64,000 nt of DNA, from the NCBI GenBank assembly GCA_964187785.1, contig OZ076409.1, positions 7,070,001 through 7,134,000 on the forward strand. The letters are read 5' to 3'. This document shows, in pieces, positions 53,931 through 64,000 of the stretch. Origin of the DNA: Amphiscolops sp. MND2022. Lineage: Eukaryota. The notes beneath the pieces were generated by a model. The model had not been told where the DNA came from. It did no database searches and saw nothing but the letters and a program-made list of their open reading frames with translations. Made by a program: the position numbers and the translations under genes. Position 1 is the first letter of the stretch, and the number at the start of each line of letters is the position of its first letter.

Positions 53931-55323
53931 AACAAGCCGGGAATGGCATAAGTCGGCGTCATAGTTAAGGCTCAAAAATAGGAAAAGGTTATGAAAGTGT
54001 AAAAAAACTCAAAGTATCAAACTCACAAAAAGTATCAAACGTACGAAAATCCCAAACGACCGAACTGGCGCGCCAGGTTACAGCTAGCGCGGGCCCCTGC
54101 CGCGCTAAAGAGGGGACTCTTTCGCATTCTTTAACATCCCTTGTTGCAAAACATCAAAAAATTGAAGGGGGACCCTTTGGTGAAAAACGATTTTCCCATA
54201 AAAAGTCTCACATTGCCAAAAAAACTGAAAGGGAGGACCCTTTGGGATTTCTCAACATCCATTCTGTCACAAAACATCAAAAAAAATTAAGGGTGGACCC
54301 TTTGGTGAAAAAAGAGTTTCCCATAAAAAGTCTCACAATGCCAAAAAAATTTAAATGGAGGACCCTTTGGGATTTCTCAACATCCATTCTGTCACAAAAC
54401 ATCAAAAAAATTAAGGGTGGACCCTTTGGTGAAAAAAGAGTTTCCCATAAAAAGTCTCACAATACCGAGAAAAACTGAAAGGGGGATCCTTTAGTCTTTC
54501 CCGGTATTGTATGTTACGCGGAAAAAGGAGGAACATTTGGGATTTTTCAACATCCATTCTGTCGCAAAACAGCAAAAAAATTGAAGGGGGACCTTTTGGG
54601 GAAAAAATTTCCCGAAACAAAGTCTCGCAGTGCCGAAAAAAATTGGAAGGGGGACCCTTTGGTCTCGCCCGGTATGGTATGTTACGCGGGAAAACAGGAA
54701 AAACCTTTTTGGTTCAGTTCGCAAGGCCAAATGATTCAATTTGGGACCATAAAATTTCGTAGAACTTTTAAGAACTACAGTACTGTGATTAAGAAAACGT
54801 CCCCCGGGCGTTTTTAGGCTCGATTTTCTCAAAATCGGTTGGAATTTTTGAAAAACATCAGAGATAAAAGTTTCTTAGAATTTCATCTAGTTTACATTAG
54901 TATTTTTTTAAAATTTCTGAGACAAAAATTGAGAAAGTTACAAATAGCTGATTTTGAGCAAGGTTGTGACCTTTTGCCGTTTTTCTTATTTTTGACCGTT
55001 TTATCCACAGTTTTTTTTGACAAATTTTATGCTCATTTAACTCTCAAAAATCTACTGAATTGATAGATATACTTTGAATTCAAAAATGATCAACCGTTTC
55101 CGAAATATCAGGTTCAAAAGGTAAAATTTCCTAAATTTACGTGAATTTCTCTTCATGTGCCAATCAGAATTGAAAGTGAGAGCAAATAAACAATTTTGAT
55201 TGGCTGAGAACGTCACAGGGGGACGATTTCTTATTCACAGTACTGTATTTTGGTCAGTTCGTGTGGATTGAAAAAGAAGAGTCATTATTATAGAGTCGCG
55301 TTTCACTTCATGAAGACTAAAAA
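53931..55323 (-). mobile_element. HINE-A long copy with about 120-bp tandem core units and a nested MITE
   Basis: AACAAGCCGGGAATGGCATAAGTCGGCG start; repeated GGACCCTTTGG..AAAAAGTCTCACA units at about 54150-54660. Confidence 0.8.
54778..55245. mobile_element. TA-TSD MITE nested in a HINE
   Basis: TA|CAGTACTGTGATTAAGAAAACGTCCCC ... GGGGACGATTTCTTATTCACAGTACTG|TA; removal restores the HINE consensus AGAACTATTTTGGTC. Confidence 0.9.
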
Positions 55324-57772
55324 TGACCAAAAAATGCCAATTTACATTCATGAATGAAGGACGAGAATGCAATTCAAGCATATTTGCTTTGAAACTTGTG
55401 TGATTTCAATAGCTGATTATTGTCAAAGTTTGTTAATTACTATGCTTTTCTGATAATTTTCTGAAACCAATTGGCTTTCGAAATCGGCCTTTCCTAACAT
55501 TTGTCTATGAAACTTTCTCTGGTAGTTCTTCAAAGAAGCAAATGGATCGATTTCATGTAATTTTTAAATTTATAATTCGTTTCCTTGGTGCTTCAAAGAA
55601 AAATCTAACTGATCGTGTCTTTTTTCCGGGGATCTGTACGTTTCAGTCAGACAGAAAATAGAATACATGAGATTGAACATTGAAGTCTGGAAAACCAGCA
55701 AAAAGTTCGTCACAATTTGTTCGGGAGGAACGTTTCATACTAAATTTTTTTTGAAACAAGCCAAAAACGCCTCAATTCGGCGCCCCTTCTAAGGCTTTAG
55801 AGGAGCAAAGGTTTTTGAATGTGCTCGAACTTAAGATACTAACATTAGTCTCAAAGTGCCAAAAAAACAAGGCAGACACGAAAAATGGTGGGTTTCCTTT
55901 AAAAACCTTCCAATTTTTTTTTCGAAAAGTCACGAAGTAACAATAAAACCCAACAGGGAACCATTCAGCCGTTTCTTGACCAAAAACATTGAAAACTCAA
56001 AAGGGGATTCTTCGGTGGTTTAAAAAAAAGTTTTTGAGAGAACTCGCGCAGTGTCGAAAAGAAGCCAAAAAACTATTAGAAATAGTCTATCTTTGAAATC
56101 ATGATGTTGCCACCCTTGAAGCTTAATAAGCACAACGTCTCAATTATGCTCACAGTGGCTTCAAGCAACTTTTCATGACTTGAAGAGATGCGAGAATTTA
56201 AAGAGGCACCCTGCAGCCTTCAAAAGCGCATTTCTCAGACTTAAATTATCCAAAAACACCAATTTGGTATTAAAAAATCAAAACAAATTTTTTTCTTGTA
56301 GCGAAAATGAGGGAAAATCTTGAATTATTTTCCCGAAGTTGAAACAGTGTGAAAACTGAAGGGAAGTGAGAACGGTGTGAGAACTGAATATTTTTTTTCG
56401 AAGAAAAGCTGCACAGAGGCGAAATACCGCAATGGGGGAGTCGTTGCTTCTTTCTAGTTTTGACGATGTTTCTAGCTAATGGTCCTGAATATATTTTAGA
56501 CTGGCTTCTCAATTATATGCAACTGGAAATGAACGAATTGATGAAAAAAGTTAACCATTCAGAAATGTTGCCGATGTAAGCGTCGGAACGATTTGTATTT
56601 CTGTTTTAAAGTACTTTAGAGTATTTGACTGTTTCGAATTATTGAAATACTCACAGAGAAATCAACAAAGAAACAAACAATTAGCTATCCAACATGTTTT
56701 TTGTGGGAATCTTGTGTTGTTTTCAAAATGCCCCCAATCATAACTTTCTGGGATTTCGTATGTGTTCTGCATATTTTGTAGGAGACTGTTTTCGAGATTC
56801 AATTTTTGCTTTTCGGATATGGTTTCGCGGACTTTACCTTTTTATGAGTATCAAAAACTAACAGTATACAACAACAAACGATAATGTAGATTCCTACTAA
56901 AATACTAATTTATAGAAAACTATGAAGTTTTTCTGAAAAAAGCTTAAAACGAACCAAATTGTGTCGAAATTGATCGAAAAAGTTCGAACAACTTTCTTTT
57001 AGATTTCTTTTTACTTTGTTTGATTTCTTTACTCACTGTTGTTTTACTTTGCTTTTTTGTAGATTTCGAAAGTGTTTGCGGGTTTGCGTGTTATAATTTA
57101 TTCAAACAATAATTTTTGTTTTCAGTTTTGGGATCTTGTTGTGGTGGTTACAGTATTAGTTGCAATATCAGGTTGGCTCCCCTCAGTTCTCTATTGTTGG
57201 ACTTTGAGCAAGTCTTCGTCCCTAGTCGGCTCTTTCAAAACAGTAGAACACATTTGGTGATGAACAAGCCGGGACCGGCCCAAGTCGGCGCCATATCTAA
57301 GGCTCAAAAATAGCAAAAGGACTTCAAAATGTCAAAGTAGAAAAAAAATTTCAAAAAAAGTCTCACAATGCCGACAAAAACTGAAAGGGAGGACGCTTTG
57401 GGATTTTTCAACATCCATTCGTTTGCAAAACTCCAAAAAAATTGAAGGGGGACCCTTTGGTGGAAAAAATATTTTGAAAAAAAGTCGCACAGTGCCGAAA
57501 AAAATCTAAAAGGGGGACCCTTTGGTCTCGTCCGGTATTGTATGTTACGCGGAAAACCTTTTTGTTTCAGTTCCTTGGGCCAACAGGTGAAATTTGAAGT
57601 TTTGTAGAACTTTTGGTAGAACTATTTTGGTCACTTCAGGTGTATCGGAAAAAAAACACTGACCAAAAGCCATGACTATAGTCGGCTCGTTCCAGGAAAA
57701 GCGCCGACTAAAAAATAAGAGCAAAGACGAACAGTCAAATCTTTGTGACCTTAGTGAGCAAGTCGTTAGAAG

Positions 57773-58179
57773 TAGAGGTGTACCGGACAACAAGTCCGGT
57801 CCGGTATCCGGCCGGATTTCAGGAAAATGTCCTGTCCGGTATCCGGCCGGACTTTTTACAATGTCCGGCCGGATATTATCTTAAAATAATAATCTTAAAT
57901 TATCGGAATATCTAACTTAGAAAAAGTGTATGTGCATCGAAAAATTGAATTTGTGACTGTGAATCAAAATTCAGTAAATTATGGCGGAGGGAAAATAGTT
58001 TTTCACCGCTCTGCGGTAAAAGCCTGCTTCGTTTTTTGTAATCCTCATTGCCCAATTGTGAAAACAGCCCTTCGTCGCTTACAATTGAGGATAATGTCCG
58101 GTCCGGCCGGTATCCGGCTTCAATCAGTCCTGTCCGGTTGTCCGGCCGGACGGAAATGTTTCTGTCCGGTGCACCTCTA
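57773..58179 (-). mobile_element. hAT deletion derivative retaining a transposase C-terminal remnant
   Basis: Perfect TSD GTTAGAAG; TIRs TAGAGGTGTACCGGAC / GTCCGGTGCACCTCTA; the minus strand reads LFSQLGNEDYKKRSRLLPQSGEKLFSLRHN, resembling the hAT dimerisation motif. Confidence 0.88.
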
Positions 58180-59723
58180 GTTAGAAGTAACAACTTCAAT
58201 TCGACCATTGTTTTTCCAATTGGCTGTTAATATGGTGTAATGGCTTATTATGAGGAGATAGTATCCGAAAAGGCACCGACCTAAAAAAATCAGAAATGCT
58301 TCTGCGGCGTCCATCCTCGGAATGGAGTAAATTCTGAATCTCACGTCCTTCTGAATCTCAAACTTAATGGTTTCATGCAACTCATTCACATTTCTTGAAT
58401 GTTTTGTGGGTTTGAGTATCCACGGAGTTCAGCAACATATCGATAATCTAGTTAGCATTTTCCTGTCAGAAATTTTGACGTTTGATCCTCAGCGGGCAAG
58501 GAAATTTTTTGAAAGAAAGCTCATGAATCTGTCCGAAGGCGTGTGTCTATTTTCTTGCCGTCTTTCTTGCAGCAAGTGCCGATTAATGTTGATGTTTCTG
58601 CAGTGAAAACATCTGTTCTGTTTCTTTGTTGACAAAAATTTTCAGTCGATAAAATGGTCTTCGCTTTGGTTTGTGGTCTTTGGTGGAAAAAAGCAGAAAA
58701 ACTGGGAAACTTTTATGTTTTTTGAAGTTTCTGATGAGAATAAAAACCCCTTTTAGGTACAAAAGACCCCCTTTGGGCTTTTTTAGTAGTGTGAAATTGA
58801 TATTTCTTTCAAAAAAGAATCCTTGATGCTTTGAAGGAAGTACTTTTGCTTTTTGGAGACTTAAGCGGCCGCCGACTTATAATTTTCTTGGGTTGTTATG
58901 CTGTAACCAAGGAGAAAAAACTTGTTTTCGGTTCCACTTCGTTTCCATGAAGAAAAGATACAAAAAAGATTGAAATTATGGGGTCAGGAAGCATGTATTC
59001 GGGGATACCGACAACTCTTGAATACTAATAGTGCTTAAGCTATGGCTTTGAGATATATACAATTGCTAATACTCATCTCATTGTGAAAACAGTCATTTTC
59101 ACTGCAACGAACATGATGCTGAGTTTCACTCGAAAAAAAAACAAGCGAATTGGAAAATTCATAAAACATGTAATAAAAACCAGGGTGAAACTATTTTGGT
59201 ATTGAACAGACGCCCACAATTTAATTGGGTAGTTTTTGGGTTCAGGTTTGGCCAGTTTCATAATTCAGTGACGTCATCATTCCTTTTACATTCCAAAATG
59301 AAAATTCCATTGAAAAGTGTTATACTCTGAAATTGTCAATCAGTGTCTTCATTACTACGAAACTGTTTTTGAAGAGTAGAGTGTATCTAAATGTTTTTTT
59401 AAAAAAAATTGAATGATTAAACGGAGAAAGACTCATCTTATACGTTAATTATTACGTCATTGCATCATCCATTTGTTCAAAGGCAAAAGTAAACACAGAA
59501 ATGTTGAAATGCAAAACGGCAGAACTCCAATAAAAAACCTGTCTGTTTCTGCCTGTTTCTGCCTGTTTTTTCTTCACAATTGCTCTCATGAAGCAACCAT
59601 GTCTTTTGTGATATAAAAGTTTGAAAAACGACTCAATGTAATTTTGAGATGACCTTTGCCCTGGAGTTACTACTCAATTGACCCGATACTCTTGCCTTTG
59701 AATATAGAGTGACCTTATAAGCA

Positions 59724-59877
59724 ATGAGGTCATCTTTGCCTCGACTCGAAAGTGGTCTCACTGACATGGCACTGGGCGATGCCGGGGACAGAACTATGAC
59801 GTCATCACAAGCAGTGACGTCATCGCAGTCACGAGTGGATGTTACGTCATCTGAGAGCCAAAGGTTTACGTCATTAG
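59724..59877 (+). CDS. Possible first coding exon of an unidentified gene (Ser/Thr-rich)
   Basis: Non-repeat, GC-richer stretch about 110 bp downstream of TATAAAA (59612-59618); MRSSLPRLESGLTDMALG..; possible donor TAG|GTCGTG. No recognisable domain and no downstream exon found. Confidence 0.3.
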
Positions 59878-60053
59878 GTCGTGTCAAGGACAAAGCAGAG
59901 ACAGTTCGTTCAGAGTTAGAATTTTGGACTATTACAAACCAGTTTGGGTTTCTGTCGAAAAGCGCAAAGAGCGAATATGCTCAGGACGTTTTTAAAAAAA
60001 CTCACAAAAATGTTTTGAAACACCCGAAGGAAGCCTTCAGTGCTCGAAAAACG

Positions 60054-60489
60054 GGTTATTTTCTGTCCCCCCCCCACCACCAAAATTTTTTTCGGAGAAT
60101 TAGTGAAAATCTTATAGCAAATAGACTTGAATCCAAACCAGAAAGCTTCAATTTTAAACTAATTCTCAGGGTGATCGTTTAGGATTCAGATACTTTGTTC
60201 ACACTTTTTCAATATGTAGTCACACCTTTTTTTGATGAAGAATTCAACAGCTTCCTGTTTTGAGGCATCAATGAACACTCAATCCGAGCATAATTATAGT
60301 CAAAATGTGTGAACAATTGTTTTGTTCAAGCGGAAAACTACTCTAATAGAAGTTAACTTCCTGTTATGAAAGAAGGTTTTATTTTTAATTAGGCTAGTCT
60401 GAAGTTTTTAATGAAAGTTAAGGAAGTTGTGAGGAAAGTTTTCAAAAATTTTGGTGGTGGTGGGGGGGGGGAGGTAACAGAAAAGAGCC
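60054..60489 (-). mobile_element. GGCTCTTTTCTG-family MITE inserted in a HINE
   Basis: Perfect 8-bp TSD GAAAAACG at 60046-60053 and 60490-60497. Confidence 0.88.
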
Positions 60490-63400
60490 GAAAAACGCTT
60501 CAGAAGTTCAAAAGTAGTGTGCTGAGACCAATGCGAGCGCTTTTTTCGATCCTATTGTTCCTTCTCAGTAAAACGCAAATAATTTCGGATAAAACGTCAA
60601 AAATTCGGATATAGCGTGCTGGGACAAATAGGATTGCTTGTCTTCGAATCTGTGCCTCCTCTTTAGTAAAACGCAATATAGTTCGGATATTACGTCAAAA
60701 ATTCGGAGATAGCGCAATATTTTCGAACCACCACCTCCTAAATTCGGATCGTATTGAAAATTTATCGAAGGATGTTTTTTGAGAAAACCTAATATCAGAC
60801 AAAAATGAAAATTTTGAAGTCTCATAGTGCCGAAAAAATGTGAAATTCGGGACCATTTGGGATTTTTTAACATCCATTCTGTTGCAAAATTTCAAAAAAA
60901 ATTGAAGGAGGACCCTTTGGTGTAATCAAAAAATTGTAGAAAAAAGTCTCCTAGTGCAAAAAAATCTCAGTAAAAATCACCAAGATAGCCAAAGGGGATC
61001 CATAGTAGGTTTTCAAGGTTCTGGACGTCGGATTTGTTTTGGACAGGGTTCTGACGTTTCCAGTATGTTTTCGACATCCGTAGTTCAGGTTGCATGAATG
61101 AACAAAAAAGTGGACCATACGTGGCTAAAAAACTACCCACTGAAAGAGCCGGGCACTTTTTTTCTTCAAAAGCGTCGATCAAAAAACTTTCATCTTTCTC
61201 CTTCTTCTATTAGTCTACAATTATACGTGATAGAGACCAGGTTATATCTACACATTACAACACCGACTCTCTTCGATTTCGCAGAATATCAAACACCTCG
61301 AAGAACGAATTTGTCATGACAAAAGATCCTTTGGACCTTCAAAAACTCAAAACTGAATCTGTTGTTTTTTTTCTGTTTTCGTAAATACCTTGGAGCAACA
61401 AATACGAAACAAGAGCAAAAGGTGTTATTGTGTCAAGAATTCTAAAGAGCAATCTTAACGTTTTTGATTCCATGTCAGTACATGCCATCTAATTTCTCAG
61501 TAAAAGCCTTTTGAAAATCTTGGTTAGGGCACAAAAACGCAAATATCTCGATAATTATAAAGAACCCGGTTTTGAGAATAATCAAAACAGTCGCAAAAGT
61601 GTCAAAACGTTGAAAGTAGGAACATTTGGGATTTCTTTGCTTCATTAAAAAAGATATTGAAATCTTTGTTTTGAAAAGTGCAAACTAACGATGCCGCGCT
61701 CTGCTGTAATGTAAGGCTAAGTACTAAGAAAAGAGGTTTGTTACTAATTATAGCCTTCTGTACCGCCGTATAACACAACGTTTTCTGACCTATGCAGAAT
61801 CTCACTTTAACATGGTATAAAAATAATTGTCAAATGTTCGAAAAATCATTGGTCATTGTGATCCGAGGTTTTTTCAATCACCGCATTTAGATGTCCGCCC
61901 GTTGTACTCATAACGATTTTCTTTTTTTTCGACCACATATTGAGACTGAATGGTTCACTTGTTACATATTTCGTTTTCGCAGCATGCCGCAATTTGACGT
62001 TAATGTGAGTGCTTCGGAAGCATGAGGTCGTGAGTTCGAATCCCACTCATAGCTAAATTTTACAAAACCAGATGATACCAAAAAGTCTGATCGGTTTTTT
62101 CAACGACACTTGCAATTTTTCGCAAAGTTTTTCACCTGAAGGGTTCCCTTTATGACTTTTTATCATTTTGATTTTAAAAAAGCATCGTTCAACTACTGAA
62201 GGTCCGTCTCTCTTTTGAGTTTCTGACACTGTGCAGTGTTTTAGAAATTTCCTCTCTTACTTGAGTTTTTTGTGTTTTGAGCTATAGAAAAGCGTGTTTC
62301 GATCCGTGCGGGTAGTTTCTGGCTATCTAAGGTTGTCAGAAGACATCTTCCAACATATTTAAAAGAGATGAAAGTTTTCGAGCGTTGATAACATTACCGA
62401 TTGTAAGCGTGTCCGTCTTGTCAATTTTTGTTTACTGATATTCGGTAAACATATATATTATAACACCTGATGATTGAACGCAACTAAAGACTGGAAAAAT
62501 TCGTGTTGCAGTTTTATTTGAACTTCCGAAGTTAGAAAAGAATCTGCAAAGAATCTCATCCGCGGTCTTCTTGTCAGAAACCTCAGTCCGAATGAAACCG
62601 GATCTCCTTTTTTAAACCTTGTGATTTTTTTACACTGAACACTTATCTCAACATTTTTTGTGCACTTCGAGGGAATTGAAACTAGTCCGACAGAAAACCA
62701 CTACGAAAGTTGCCTTTGCTTTCATTATAATAGTATGGTATCCCAAAAAAGACAGGAAAAGACCTTTTCAGCTCGTCTAGTACCTGCCCTGCAAAACAAT
62801 TCTTTCGTTTCCAGCTAATGGTAGCATTTCCTAGCAATCAGAGAAATAATTCGAAAAGATCCACGTAGAGTGTGCCACGTAGAGTGTATCCAGCGTTCTA
62901 ACGTAGTTTTTCGTTTGATTATCTGATTGTTTCAATAATTTTGAGGGTATCAAATCATTCGCTTTCAACTAATTGTAACATTTGTTTAGAGCATTTCCAA
63001 ACTTCATTACAGTCCGGTCGGTGGTTGCTGCTAAAAGGTGTTATGTAAAAAGGTGTTAGGTAAAAAGTTATTTTCTTGTGGCTTTTTCAAAATTATTTTA
63101 ATGCAATAGATTTTCTTGACTAATTTTCCGGTAAAAAGTTCCCATTTTAGATTTGTACTCAATCCGAAACTCTTTTCCGGAATATTGTAGCAACGCCCTA
63201 TTCTAATTGCATCATATTGAGTTGGTTTGCGTAGAGGAAGGACAAAAATTATTTGTGTAGATGGAGGAAAATCAGCAACTTTGCTGCATTTTTTGATACA
63301 AATTCTGTCAAAAAGCCACTTAGTTATATAATCCATTTAGATACTGTATAGTTACTGCAACTGTCACAAATTGCAGCACGTCCGCCTGCCAGTGAGTAGG

Positions 63401-63601
63401 TCGTGCTTTCGAACCCTGGCTGTCGCATGAAATCTTTTTGCAATAAGAGTGTGGCGCAAACTATCCCGCGCTTAGCCGGCGTCTTGTTATTTTCCGCCCA
63501 CATAAATGGGGGAGGAAAATCATGATCTGTGTTGCGTTTTTTTTCTCCACTTTTATTTACTCCATTTAGTGAACTAGTCACCGTGGCACAGTTGTTAGTG
63601 C

Positions 63602-64000
63602 GTCTTCGAATCTGTGCCTCCTCTTTAGTAAAACGCAATATAGTTCGGATATTACGTCAAAAATTCGGATATAGCGCAATATTTTCGAACCACCACCTCC
63701 TAAATTCGGATCGTATTGAAAATTTATCGAAGGATGTTTTTTGAAAAAACCTAATATCAGACAAAAATGAAAATTTTGAACAGTCTCATAGTGCCGAAAA
63801 AATGTGAAATTCGGGACCATTTGGGATTTTTTAACATCCATTCTGTTGCAAAATTTCAAAAAAAATTGAAGGAGGACCCTTTGGTGTAATCAAAAAATTG
63901 TAGAAAAAAGTCTCCTAGTGCCAAAAAAATCTCAATAAAAATCACCAAGATAGCCAAAGGGGATCCGTAGTAGGTTTTCAAGGTTCTGGACGTCGGATTT
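63602..64000 (+). repeat. Near-identical duplicate of 60640-61035, running off the window end
   Basis: Direct sequence match from GTCTTCGAATCTGTGCC onward; the corresponding ORF-track peptides are nearly identical. Confidence 0.9.

Noticed and set aside
58240..58620. Minus-strand coding-like stretch with a vague histone-like ARKTARK peptide
   Set aside because: Stops in all frames examined and no sustained similarity.
59940..60182. 3' half of the 152-aa ORF 59724-60182
   Set aside because: It runs through HINE and MITE sequence.

Overview
AT-rich, repeat-dense eukaryotic (most likely invertebrate animal) genomic DNA; most ORF-track hits are spurious frames in repeats. Two spliced genes are supported on the + strand. 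(1) An NSD/Mes-4-family H3K36 methyltransferase (PWWP-PHDs-PWWP-AWS-SET-postSET-PHD-C5HCH, about 1159 aa, 13634-30437). (2) A four-EF-hand calmodulin-like gene (34679-41634; ATG exon not located). A possible first exon of a third gene lies near 59724. The rest is non-autonomous DNA transposons: two Helentron/DINE-1-like (HINE) families, several 8-bp-TSD MITE families, TA-TSD MITEs, a TTAA piggyBac-like MITE and short hAT/Tc1 transposase remnants. The main observation: three of the four interruptions in the otherwise intact NSD coding sequence are TIR transposons from three different families, flanked by duplicated exon sequence. For two of them, frame-restoring splice sites come from the TIR or the duplication, i.e. 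candidate introner-type intron gain. A fourth MITE supplies the NSD stop codon. All splice models are read by eye and need transcript data.
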